Assembly (NCBI RefSeq): GCF_006345805.1 | Contig: NC_042999.1 | Span: 82,522,001 to 82,586,000, forward strand | From: Octopus sinensis | Lineage: Eukaryota | Direction: 5' to 3' | Length of the DNA: 64,000 nt | In this document: positions 26,740 through 41,685 of the stretch, piece after piece | Position numbering within the stretch: the first letter of the stretch is position 1 | Layout: the number at the start of each line of letters is the position of its first letter | Translations under genes and position numbers: made by a program | The notes under the pieces: generated by a model | What the model saw: only the letters and a program-made list of their open reading frames with translations | The model's database searches: none | Told to the model about the DNA's origin: nothing

Positions 26740-27540
26740 TTTGTTATTAATGCTTTCAGTATTTTTAATTAGTCTTTTATGTTTCGTATGGAGCAATAAC
26801 ATTTCTAAGGTCAGTAACTTAGCTAAGTTTCTTCGACTTACTTTTCTGAACGAAAGAACCATGATAGCAAAAGTGTGCAGGCGAGTTGCTGGATGGATTC
26901 TGAGATCGCTCAGAAACAGAAAAAAAAGATACAATGCTACTCCTACGAAGAACTTTCGTTCTCAGTCGTCTGGATTAGTGTACTCAACTGTGGTCACGGT
27001 AGAGCATCAAACTGGTGGTAGAACTTGAGGCAAACCAGTGCCCCTACTCAAAGAAGATTGATTCGGTGAAACAGAAGAGCTCCTGGGAGAGGCTAGAGGA
27101 ATTGAAACTCACCCCCTTAGATGGAAGGCAGGAAAGATATGAAGTGATGTACATATGGAACATCCTGGAAGGCCTAACGCCTGACATTAGAAACTATACT
27201 TACCCATGAACTGGACGGTACTGCATAATATCAAAACGTCAGTCTTCTGCGTCTAGACTAAGGAACCAATATCGTAACAGCTTCGATTTCAATGGTTCAC
27301 AACTATTCAACATACTGCCAAACAACCTCAGAGATTTGCGAGGTTCAGATATAGAGCTCGTCAAAGAGCGTCTGAACAAATTTTTATATGTGCTACCGAT
27401 AAACCCACAACGCAGCAGGAGGCACAAAAAGAGCAACTTCACTCAACTCCCTATTTCATCAGAAACAGTACAGAAAAGAAACACAAACACACTCAGAAGC
27501 GTGACCTCAGCCTGTGAATTAAACTAGTAAAAGATAAAAA
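26740..27540 (+). mobile_element. Degenerate 3' region of a CR1/L2-type LINE
   Basis: Remnants AGWILRS, SWERLEELKL...ERYEVMYIWNILEGL, LFNILPNNLRDL, VKERLNKFLYVLP match CR1-type C-terminal motifs. Confidence 0.75.
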
Positions 27541-27814
27541 CAATACAGATATATGTGTGTGTATGTATGAGTGACTTTGTGTGTGCGTGTATCTATACAT
27601 ACATGCATACATACACACCAGCATTATGAGGGAGTATTCTCCCAGGGACTATCCCGCAGCGATACGCCAAACAGACAAAGCATATACATTAAGTATGTGC
27701 GGTCGATAATGTTTAAACACTAGCGCTGCTTTTAATTCGTTATTGAATTTAATCTTACATGCGTATCGTCGTGGCACATCAGCAAATAGTTTTTATACTA
27801 TTAAAATATTGTCA

Positions 27815-27923
27815 TAGATTGGCGATTCGATTCATCCCCGGTTCGATTGACGTCATGATGATAAGCAGCAAAAATGGCGAAATATCGGTATCGGTCGTTT
27901 CGTGAATTGGATTGGAGGTGAGT
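27815..27923 (+). promoter_or_regulatory. Candidate promoter / first exon
   Basis: CpG-rich patch containing ATTGG (27818), TGACGTCA (27848-27855), AAAATGGCG (27871-27879) and a consensus donor GAG|GTGAGT at 27917/27918. Confidence 0.4.
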
Positions 27924-28059
27924 TGTCTTTCCTGTCTATGACTTTCAGGTGATTCGACATTCAGATTATGAGGGAGTCATCCCCAAGCTCTGCTCTACAG
28001 CGATCCGGTGAACGAAATATACATATACATTCAGTATATGCAATGCAGTCGATAATAAT

Positions 28060-30465
<2,406 letters not shown>

Positions 30466-31225
30466 ATTGTCTCTGCGTTGAGTATGTATCCTGAAGGCAC
30501 ACCTTTCTGCAGTTTGTTTCTTTTGTTGCTAGTAAATAAAAGTTATCTGAAAGACATTACGACTACAAGATGTATTATGGTTCTATAATGAATGCTTTAT
30601 TGACAGTGGCAAGTCTTGGATCTTATGGTAAATTGGGAAGGAGACTATAATTCGGAAAGAAGATTGAAACAATAAATCTGGTAAAGAATAGAAGATTAAA
30701 TCTAGATGAAGATGCAACAAAATCCTGTTCGGTTTATTTTTTATTGCATTATTTTCAATAAGTCGTACAAAATATAAACCTATGAATACTTAATGCATAT
30801 GTGGATTGTAGTTGTTCTGGGTAAATTCTATTACTCTTTGCATCTTTGGAAATGCTGAAAGATTTCGAATTCTTGTAATATTCTTTCTATTAAAGACACG
30901 ATGCCTGAAATTTCGGGATTAGTGGTAAATCGGTTACATTATCTTCAGTGTTTTACTAGTGTCTATTTTATCAACCCCGACCATATGAACGGCAAAGTCT
31001 ACTTCAACGGAATTTGAATCCAGAAAGTAAAGCCGAATGAAATGCTGCAAATCATTTTTTGTCAGCGTGCTAACGACTCTGGCAGGTCACCTCCCTTGGA
31101 ATTCTTGTAATGTATTAGCAGACAGTGGAGCTAGATAGAGCTGGATTCTTTCAAAACTATATACATCTACATGGTTTTGATCATTGACCTGCTCTGTTTT
31201 GGCTGGTGAGCAGATAATCAACTAG

Positions 31226-31470
31226 GTGTAGGAGTGGTTGTGTGGTAAGTAGCTTGCTTACGAACCACATGGTTCCGGGTTCAGTCCCACATTGTGGCAC
31301 CTTGGGCAAATGTCTTCTACTATAGCCTCGGCCCGACCAAAGCCTTGTGAGTGGATTTAGTAGACGGAAACTGAAAGAAGCCCGTCGTATATATGTATAT
31401 ATATGTATGTGTGTATGTTTGTGTGTCTGTGTTTGTCCCCTCAACATCACTTGACAACCGATGCTGGTGT
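31226..31470 (+). mobile_element. SINE family 1 copy, 3'-truncated
   Basis: Near-identical head and body to the 5461-5886 copy. Confidence 0.85.
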
Positions 31471-32504
31471 GTATATAGTAAACACTATAAAACTATCCAG
31501 TTACAGTTAGATTTAAGAGTATAACATATTTATAGTTATTATCTCCCCTTGAATTAAACCTCTCTATTATGAGACTTAGAAAATTTTTCGGAGGATTTTA
31601 ATTTAATTATGTTATTCCCATAATACTTAGCGCATGACAGAGGGAGCAGTCATTTACACTTGAACGAGGAGTAAACATTATGTCGATAAGTATTTTTCCT
31701 TTGATAATATTTTACTAGTTTTATTCAATAAATTTATAACGTATATAGTGGTTTTTACTAAATAATCTTTGTAAACACTATTAATTTGCGTTTGACATAA
31801 AAAATGGTAATTTATACTTGTACAGATAAGGGTAAATCTTACACTAAATTATAAATTCCTGTTATGTTTATTTAGATAGGTTGTAGGATTTGATGTGCTT
31901 ATAATATAATCGTTGAGGATTTCCTTAGGTTTAGCATTTTCTATATATATTTATATCAGAATTGTAATTTAAGTGGGTTTTTTTTAAATATATTTGTAAT
32001 CAATATATTTTTATTATATTTTTATTCTTATTTTTATTTTTCTATTTAATATGACTTTTTATATGTATTTTTCACTTTGGACCGTTAATAATAATAACAA
32101 TAAGATAAATAGCCTCAGGACGCACTGGTGGATTTATGGATCAGATATAGCCTTGATACACACCTCACCACCGCAGAAACACGTGTAGCGTTGATTAGAA
32201 ATACTTTCTTTCCTCACAGACTAATAACGGGTAAGTTATATATATATCTTTTCAACTCATTTTATTGTATTTTATAGTAGGTTTTTAACTGCTTATATTA
32301 TTTTATTGGATATAAGTTTCTATGTGCATTCAATACAATAAGGTTGTCCCGAAATAGGAGTTGCGGTTCTATAGGTAAAATCCCAAATTTGTAATAATAA
32401 TAATATATATATATATACACACATACATATGCGTGTATGTATATATATACATATATGTATATATACACATATATACAAATATATATATATGTGTATATAC
32501 ATCA

Positions 32505-32515
32505 TTTATTATTAC

Positions 32516-32561
<46 letters not shown>
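32505..32561 (+). repeat. (ATT)n array at the 3' end of the Dong-like LINE
   Basis: Read directly from the sequence. Confidence 0.95.
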
Positions 32562-33400
32562 GAATACGTCGCACAGTATTGTTTTAGACTAAAGATGTTA
32601 TGTGTACCGGATATTTATACTGTCTGTCAAGACATAGCAACGAGCTCAGACAGACATTATTTTACGCAGTATGCGTGCAGTTCTAAGTAAAGCCAAATTT
32701 TTCAATACACCAAGATCGTAAGGTATTTCTAAAGTGTCAAGTGTTTCTTCAAGTAAGGTGGTGTTGAATCCAATACTCCAAAGACTACAGGATATGTATT
32801 AATGTTTGATTCTCGCAGCTACCACATCTTGGCGTTCTCAATTCTTAGATTTCCATATTTTTCGACCTTTCCTGTTTCTTTCATGATAATATGTTAATCT
32901 CCTACGTCTATTATTAGGTACTCTTAATTGTCCCTCCTCAAGGTTACTACATCCGTCCTTCGGTGCTCTAACATCTTTTTTATCTGGAAGTCAGAGACTC
33001 AGAGAATATTTGCCTTCCGCTTCTATCAGATACCATTTACGGTGTATTTTAGTACCAAACACCCATACTTCTGGCATAGTAACCAGTGGTTGTAGGCTAA
33101 TTTGTAGTGTCTGCGCTTGTACACTTTCTGCGCAAAACTTTCATAAGCACTGAGTCACACTTTCGACCTATTTCTCATACATTCCGCAGAAATTCGTTGC
33201 ACTTGTGTAGTATACATTTCTTTTCACTGAGTTAGTATTCAATGCCTGGTCTTGGGCAGCGATGATAAGGCTTTCAGTCGTCTTTTTAAGGTCACATTTG
33301 TTGAGCCAGATCCATGATGCTTTTTGATTTTTTAACTTGTTAATCTCACGGTGGAACTGACCATGTAAGTCCAAGCCGAGTAGTGTTGCTTCTCTCTCAT
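32562..33400 (-). mobile_element. 5'-truncated R4/Dong-like LINE ending in (TAA)n
   Basis: LHGQFHREI...SWIWL..CDLKKTTESLIIAAQDQALNT; KRRHYKLAYNHW; LEHRRTDVV...LIIDV...KETGKVEKYGNLRIE (RLE PD-D/ExK region); LLRTARILRKIMSV*. Confidence 0.85.
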
Positions 33401-34469
33401 TGGTTATTCGTGATCGGAATTCATTAACATTTTCAACTCCATTGCTGATAAATTCTGCTGCATTATTATTTTTTCAGAAGTTACAGTGTCTTAAGAACCA
33501 AGAGTTTTATGCATTTGTAATCATCAATATATATACATGCATATATGGATACAGGACGTCACCATCGGCGCAAATAACATGAAACACGCAAACAACGAGA
33601 ATAAAAGAAAGCAGGACAAGTAAACACAAGGAGAGGACCTTTCACCAGATGTAGGCAGTCTATTCACTCCTCACCTCGCGCATTCAACGACAATATGAGT
33701 CCTCAAAGATAGTTGCTCCTATAAATTCCAAAATAAAACCTAGGGCTTATGGAGGGTCAAAGCCGGGAACAAAAACATGACAGTGGGGACACACAAGAAA
33801 CCGAACGAAAACAAACACGGTCGGCTGTTATATCAGGACGAGAAGTAAATAGTGAACGCTGGGAGAAGCATTTTTTGTTTGAAAAGGGAAAAGATAGAAG
33901 TGAGAGTGAAAAAACACTTCTCTGAACATCCATGCAGAAAAGAATGACTTGAACTCTACGTTTGGATTTTTCCCACAGAAATTATTGTTGTAAGATTCTA
34001 ATTTCTAAGAGTCAAACGTTTGTATGCAATTTTGTAGATTGCTAAAATACTAAATATGAAAAATTCTAAAATTTGAGTTTTGTTTACATATTTCGATAAT
34101 GAATTTCGTAACTTAGATCAGTGAATCTAGGTAAATACATGAAAAAATGGGAATAATTTTGTTTTGTTTTAATGTGGCCAAAGATAGCGGAAACAAAGGT
34201 TTATTATTCTCTCTTTATTCGCCTTCCTCGATACATACTGATCATTTTTATTTCTATTAACATGTTTTTGGTGTGAGATTGAATTTTCGCCACTGTTTCT
34301 GAGTTATGTTCTTACCTCTGCTTACATTTAATTAATCTACTACTATATTGTCCTCACTCTGTCTTATTTCACCGTCTTTATCTTTCTATTTACACCTCTT
34401 CATTTATATCCACACTGACCTCTCTTTAGCGACATCCATCCCTCTGTCTCTTCATTTCAAACTACATTG

Positions 34470-34548
34470 GATTATCTATCTGTTTCTCCACGTTTTCTCT
34501 TCTCTCTCTTCTCTCTCTCTCTCTCTCGCTCTCTTCTCTCTCTCTCCC

Positions 34549-34579
<31 letters not shown>

Positions 34580-35090
34580 CCCTCTCTCTCTCTTCTCTCT
34601 CTCTCTTCTCTCTCTTCTCTCTCTTCTCTCTCTCTATTCTCTCTCTCCCCTCTCCTCTCTCTCTTCTCTTCTCTCCCCTCTCTCTCCCTCTCGCTCTCCT
34701 CTCTCTCTCCTCTCTCTCTCCCTCTCTCACTTCTCCCTCGCTCTCCTCTCTTTCTCTCTCTCTCTCTCGTCTCTCTCTCCATCTCTCCTCCCTCTCTCTC
34801 TCTCTCTCATCTCTCTCTCCTCTCTCTCTCTCTCTACTCTTTAAGCATTTCCATTTCACCTCTCTCGCATTCTCTCTATTTCTCTATATTTCCCTCTATC
34901 TGCTTTTCTTGACTGTCTCTATATTGTTCCCTCATATCTATATTTTTCTTTATGTGTCCCTCCATTTACGTTTCTTTCTCTTCCTCTTTCTCTCACTGCT
35001 TTTCTAAATCACCTCTTCCTCCCTCTCTCTCCTCTCTCTCCCCTCTCCCCTTCTCTCCTCTCTCTCTCCCTCTCTCTCTCTCTCTCTGCG
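34470..35090 (+). repeat. About 620-bp degenerate (CT)n polypyrimidine tract
   Basis: Read directly from the sequence. Confidence 0.95.
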
Positions 35091-35199
35091 TAATTGTCTC
35101 ACCTCTTTCCTGCCATCACACCCTCCCTATGTCAGCATCATGGACTTCAGCAATGCCGACTATACCAGAAACAGCATTTCCCTTAAAAATCCATAGAAA

Positions 35200-35860
35200 C
35201 TGACAGTTTGCGGATAAAAAAAAAAATCCTCCTTGTATGGATTTTAGTACAAAGCTTACTACCAAACAACCTAATTGCAGAGATCCAGAAAAGCATTGAT
35301 TTTTTCACCGAAATCGAAAGGGAAAAGAAGGAATTCATTCGTTCGTATACCCTGATTAGACCGCACATTGAGTTATTAGACTGTATCATCAAAGAGGCCG
35401 ATAAAGCAGAAAAACAAAAGCAAAAAAGAAGACAATAACACACTCCCAACTGACAAGAACGGTCAGAGTGATGCGGTGCTGTGCCCAAGGAGAACAACAG
35501 CGAAGCAAAGAACATACAGGGAAAATAGAAGCAGGAGATGAAGCAAGCAAGCTGAGGACCGCCGCTAGCCCAAGGTGAGCGCAAAACAAGAAAAAGCAGA
35601 ACTAGCAAAAACAAAGGTTCTGATAAAAAGGAATCTGAAAGAGTCTGTAATTACTATGCAAAGAGTACATGCTGGTATGGAGGTATTCAGACAAGGTGTC
35701 GTTTTGCTCATCCCAAATTCCATGTAAACGGTATACGTTTTGCTCACCCCAAAGCCCAGGTCACAACGCATAATGCTTCCTTCCACCTTGGAGATATGTA
35801 GGTGTTGTACGTGCTGCCCCTCAGAGGAAACAAAATGTCGACGTAAAGCGGCAGCTAAAT
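35200..35860 (+). pseudogene. Degenerate CCCH zinc-finger coding remnant, probably a LINE ORF1
   Basis: CNYYAKSTCWYGGIQTRCRFAHP at 35646-35714, followed by a repeated RFAHPK motif and stops/frameshifts. Confidence 0.45.
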
Positions 35861-35875
35861 GCGGTTGGAACAAAT

Positions 35876-35906
<31 letters not shown>

Positions 35907-36294
35907 ATATTAATATAATATAATATAATATAATATAATAATATAATATAAAAATATATGCATATACACATACATATATGTACATACCTACATATATATC
36001 TATATGTACATGCATATATGGGAACAGGTCATCACAAAAACGTTGAACACAATGAGAAACGAAAACATAAAAACAAAAACATAGAAAGGCACTTTTTTTC
36101 AAACAACGGAAAAGACAGAGAAACGAGACATACAACATAATTAATATTCCTCTTCTTCAGTTGTCCCTGTTTCATATACTCCACGTTCGAAGGTAAGGAC
36201 AAGACTCAATTTCGTTGAAACAGTCCTTCCCACAAAGCAAATTAAATAAAATTTGGGATTTTTTACGGAGGGTGAAAGTGGTAACAAGAACAGA

Positions 36295-36675
36295 TCGACC
36301 AAAGCCTTGTGGATGTATTTGGTAGCTGGAAACTGAAATAAGTCCGTCGTATATATGTATGTATATATACACACACACAAACATATATATGTATGTATGA
36401 ATGTATGTATGTATGTATGTATGTATGTATATGTTTGTGTGTCTGTGTTTGTCCCCACCACCATCGCTTGACAATCGATGTTGGTGTGTTTACGTCCCCG
36501 TTATCTGGGGGACTATTTATTTGTAAGCCTAGTATTTATTCTATCGGCCAAAGGAGCCGATAGAATAACTACTAGACTTACAAAGAATAAGTCCTGGAGT
36601 CAATTTGTTCGACTAAAGGCGGTGCTCCAGCCTGGTCTCAGTCAAATGACTGAAACAAATAAAAGAATAAAAGAT
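36295..36675 (+). mobile_element. SINE family 1 copy lacking its head
   Basis: Body and tail match 5461-5886. Confidence 0.8.
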
Positions 36676-36685
36676 ATATACTTAC

Positions 36686-36718
<33 letters not shown>

Positions 36719-36820
36719 GATATATATATATATATATATTTATATAATCTTGACTGATTATTAGCGGCTTCGATGTTTCACGTTCTTGTCCCAGTTTGTA
36801 TATTTTTTTTACGTTTACAT

Positions 36821-36882
<62 letters not shown>

Positions 36883-36999
36883 GATATATATATATATTAT
36901 ATATATATAATCTGCTACTCTCGTTTCAGTCACCAGACTGCGTCCCCAGTGCTTATTTTCATTGAAGCCTTGTACTTATTTATCTGACCCTTTTGCCGA

Positions 37000-37310
37000 A
37001 GCGATAAATTACGGGGACGTAAGTACATCAACACTGGTTGCCACAAAGATACACGCAAGGTTGTTTGGGGAAGACCAGCAGTCTCCCATGCATATCAGCT
37101 TCCACTCTCCGCATCACCGAAGTTATCTAAAGAAAATCAAAATTCGATACAGCATGGCACCAGTGACGTCGCAACTCGTTTCCACAGTTGAGTGAACTGA
37201 ATGTACTAGGAAATAAAGTGTCTTGCTCAAGAAAACAACACACAGTTCGGTCCGAGAATCGAACTCACAACCTCACGATCGTAAACCTTAGGTTTCAGCC
37301 ACTGAGCTAT
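37000..37310 (-). mobile_element. tRNA-derived SINE (family 4)
   Basis: Reverse complement matches 53810-54150 (TTCTTGAGCAAGACACTTTATTTC...GTCACTGGTGCCA). Confidence 0.75.
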
Positions 37311-38104
37311 ACATAAACATACAAACATTACGCACATGCATGCATACTTACATACATATATATTCAGATATGTATGTATATATTATGACGACCGAACCAC
37401 CTTAAGCGCCGTCATCGCCTGAATCTCCGACCCCTCCCTTCGATGCTTCTACAACAGCGCTTAAGGTGGTTCGGTCATGCGGCCTGGCGTCCAGAGGGTG
37501 AGCTGATTCTCGATGTCCTCCTCCCACCTCCATTTCCCAACTGGCGCAAACGCACGGGCGGGCAGCTGAAGACCTGGGCATCGACTATAAAGGAGGACCT
37601 CTACAAACTCTCAGGTCCACGGGTGGTCGGTCTGCGCAGATGGAACCGCGAATGGCTCGCTATCTCCAGTGACCTCGCACAGGACCGTCGAGCGTAGGCC
37701 GCCATGGTTCGTGATGCCGTCAGGACCGGGGAAGAAGCCGGCGCAACCCGCCCTAGATGATCACTGTCACAAGTACAAGTAGTAAGTATATATTATCTTA
37801 TATTGAATTATATTATAATATTTTTATATGAATGAGCGTGTGAGTTTATGCATAATGCACACAGCAGTGTCTTGCTCAAGAAAACAACACAGTTTGGTCC
37901 GAGAATCGAACTCACAATCTCACGATCGTAAACCTTAGGTTTCAACCACTGAGCTATACATAAACATACAAACATTACACACATGCATGCATACTTACAT
38001 ACATATATATATTCAGATTTGTATGTATATATTATATTATATTGCTTTATATTGTAATATTTTTGTATGAATGAGCGCGTGAGTTTATGCATAATGCACA
38101 CAGC
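37217..38104. repeat. 239-bp tandem duplication; copy 1 is interrupted by an RTE insertion
   Basis: Copy 1 is 37217-37865 (649 bp, minus 410 bp of insert plus TSD = 239 bp). Copy 2 is 37866-38104 (239 bp). Confidence 0.9.
37387..37785 (+). mobile_element. 5'-truncated RTE-clade LINE with 11-bp TSD
   Basis: LLQQRLRWFGHAAWRPEGELI...WRKRTGGQLKTW...AQDRRA. Tail CAAGTACAAGTA. TSD GTATATATTAT at 37376-37386 and 37786-37796. Confidence 0.85.
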
Positions 38105-39037
38105 TAGGCAGAAACAAACAAATCATACCGTACACCAACCAAAAGCCAAATGAAAAACATAAATCACAATGCGAAATGAAAAAAAAGTCAACGATACCGA
38201 ATATTCTAAAAAGAATATGACTTCAAAATATTTTCCACAGAATTTTGTTCCAAGTAAACTTATTTCAATAAACGTTTAAACCATTTATTTCTAGAATTCT
38301 ATTTCTTCTAGTTCTAACTTGAGGTAAAATGAACCAATCTTTGAAAAGGTGGCATCGCGTACATCTATTTTAATAGAAGTCTGATTTGTTCATTTGTTGT
38401 TTTTGTTATTTGCTTGTTCATTTATTGTTATTATTTCTATTATCTCTGTCTTTCTTCTTTATTCCCCCTTTGTCTCTATCCTCCACCTCTGTTTTTCATT
38501 TCTTCACTTTTGTTAAAAAAAAAATATAGAAACAATAATAATAACAATAATATAGAGGTGTTTATTCACAGTTAAAATAATTTCAGACGAAAGATAAAAG
38601 TGAATTTCTAATACAACCGTCATCTAAACATCCATCTAAGAATTTTATATGTGTGTATGTGTGTGTATGTATGTATGTATGTATGTATGTATGTATGTAT
38701 GTATGTATGTACGTACGTACGTACGTACGTACGTATGTATGTATGCATGTATGTATGTATGTATGTATGTATGTATGTATGTATGTGCATATATATGTAT
38801 ATATGCGTATATACATAAATGTAGGTATATAGTATATAGAAATGTATGCGAGCGCTTAGGTAGGTGTAAATACAGATGGATGGATAGATACACGAACGTT
38901 ATATATACATGTAAATGTACGCATAGACACGCACACATACATACATACATACACACATACGTACATATATATATATGTGTGCGTATATAAATGTATATAT
39001 ATGTATATATATATATATTTATATATATGTATGTATG

Positions 39038-39089
<52 letters not shown>

Positions 39090-40147
39090 TGTATGCATAT
39101 GTGTATGTGTATATATATATAAATGCGAATACATAGGCACATATGTAAATGCATATACGCACACACGTTACCTTTCCTGAGAACGTACAGAAGTACAGAT
39201 ATATCTCGATTTAACGTAAACATATTAGTTTCGGAAGTGTACTTGCTAAGCAAATGATTTGATCTGAGACCTTGTGATGAAACGAAAATGATTGCTGCGT
39301 GGAAAAATACATTAGCCAACCAAACAGCACACAAAGACTGTTAACTTCTCTTGAACATTTTATTATTTAGGGTCAAAATTGCGTCCTGATCACTGACATC
39401 ATTCCATTGATCTCAGTGATGCTATTGAATGGTAAATATGTGTCTTCCACGCTGAAATCATTCATGATATTAGTGTCCCTTACATACATAAAACACAAAT
39501 ACAGACCTACAATTCAGTAATACTGGAACTCGAAACCCTCAACAATACTTCTGTTCTCACGCGGCCTACAAACCGTAACCAGCTTGAGAGGTGGACTGTT
39601 TAATTATGTCTGCTAACCAATACGCCGACCCACCATTTGCTACTACTACTGTTTTGTTACTGTTGTTGTTGTTGTTGTTGTTGTTGCTGTTGTTATTGTT
39701 TCTATCGCTCATGCTACCCTTACTTTTCAGTACAAAATTAACGTTAAATCTCCCAAGAATTTTTTCTGTCCCACAGATATTATATGTTGAACTATTCTAT
39801 CTAATCTGTCATACAATAATGCGTACAACGCTTTTGCAGATTCCTTGAACATTATACAACACACATTTCTCATTGTTATTGTTCTAGCTGTTATGATGAT
39901 GGTGTTAGTGATTGTTTGTTAGTCATAGGTCAATAATGAGCGAGAGAAGCTATGACTACATATGCGTCCTTGCCGTGTCCATCATGTCATTTTTACATAT
40001 TCCAGTAGCTCTCTCGTCCACAAACAGTAGAATGAGATAGCAAGAGATATGTTATTACTATCGCATAAACATACACCCTTTACTTTTCCTGTTCTTTTCA
40101 TGTCGTCGTTGTGGTTCGATAATTTTTGTAACGGTTGTGCAGTTAAA

Positions 40148-40446
40148 GTGGAGGCGCAATGGCTCAGTGGTTAGGGCAGCGGACTCGCAGTCGGAGAATC
40201 GCGGTTTCGATTCCTAGACCGGGCATTGTGTGTGTTTATTGAGCGAAAACACCTAAAAGTTCCACGAGGTTCCGGCAGGGGGTGGTGTCGACCGCTGTTG
40301 TACTCTTTCACCACAACTTTCTATCATTCCCTCTTCCTGTTTCTTGAGTAACGCTGCGATGGACTGACGTCCCGTCCAGCTAGGGGGAACACTTACGCCA
40401 CAGAAACCGGGAAACCGGCCCCATGAGCCTGGCTAGGCTTTAAAAG
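40148..40446 (+). mobile_element. tRNA-derived SINE (family 3)
   Basis: A box TGGCTCAGTGG and B box GGTTTCGATTCC, followed by a non-tRNA body. A related copy lies at 61044. Confidence 0.8.
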
Positions 40447-41484
40447 GACGACGTTTTATTTTGTGTAGTTAAAAGACTTGTTTTATAACAGCATTGTTCT
40501 GAGCTCGATCTCAGCTTGGTTTTACTTGAAAATCTGGCTTCTTCTATTGCTGCAGGTTGATTAATGCCTTGTGAGTGGCATTTGATAGACATACGCACAT
40601 GCACTCACATATATACCTACATACATTCGTATATACACACTTGTGTGTGTGTTTGTGCATACATGCGCGCGGGCAAACCAATAATATAAGTAGTATTGAT
40701 TTTATTATTTCTTGTCTAAAACTTTGTTGTAGTTTTGATAAAATATTAACGTGTATGTAGAATGAGATGTAAGCGTCAGTTACTGGAAATGTTTCGTAAT
40801 CCAGCTACCGCCAGATTTCAAGTTATCCGGATTTAAAAGAGCTAACCTGTACTTAGATTAAAAAAAAAGAATGAAAGCACATATTTGCCTTTTAATATTA
40901 AATGCGAAATTATTAAACATACAAAAATTTTATGATCAAATTCCTGATTTTTCTTACATCCGTATACCAGGAAAACGTGCTTCCACAGTGGAAATAAACT
41001 TGATAAAGCTCAGATTTTATTTCGTTCTGCAGACATGAAAACATCTTTTTGCATAAAAATTATGACAAGACCTAATGGTAATCAATGTGGAAATTATATA
41101 GTTTCTTTTCCCTCACAATATCCAATTAATCCTATTGAAGGAAGTCTATCTTATTTTATTTTCATTGTCTATACAATCGTTTCATACGTTTTTCATTACA
41201 TATAAATTGCGTATATACCTATTTATATGTCCATATATTTATATATGCAAGTACATACAATTAAGCATATATACTCACGCACTTACGCGTACAGACATAC
41301 GTATATATATAAATTTCTTTACTTTCTCACAGTACATTTTCCTTAACAACCGATATTTATCGTTTTCACATATTGTTCTACATGTCTGTCAATACTTATT
41401 TCGCAGGATTTTAACAGCCAGTCATATCTCTAGATCAGTTTCAATCATTTAGTAACTTCTAAACTGTATTTAAAATTGTCTTTT

Positions 41485-41685
41485 CTACTCCAGGCACAAG
41501 GCCCGAAATTTAACTGAAGGGGGCCATTCGACATCAACACGCAACTGGTACTTAATTTATTGACCCCGAAAGGATAAAAAGGCAAAGTCGACCTCGGCGG
41601 AATTTGAACTCAGAACGTAAAGGCCGACGAAATACTGCTAAGCAATTCGCCCGGCGTGCTAACGTTTCTGCCAGCTCTCCGCCTT
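41485..41685 (-). mobile_element. SINE family 2 copy
   Basis: Reverse complement matches 61627-61853. Confidence 0.85.

Noticed and set aside
27918-27948. GT...AG pair that looks like a 31-nt intron
   Set aside because: Too short for a typical spliceosomal intron, and splicing it still gives an immediate TGA in the ATG frame.
33540-33900. Possible Penelope pseudo-LTR or hammerhead ribozyme (also CTGATGAG at about 47851)
   Set aside because: No complete CUGANGA...GAAA core with flanking stems could be assembled.
40148-40230. tRNA-like sequence with A and B boxes (also at 61044, 53810 and 5800-5886)
   Set aside because: No complete cloverleaf; each continues into a repeated SINE body, so these are SINE heads.
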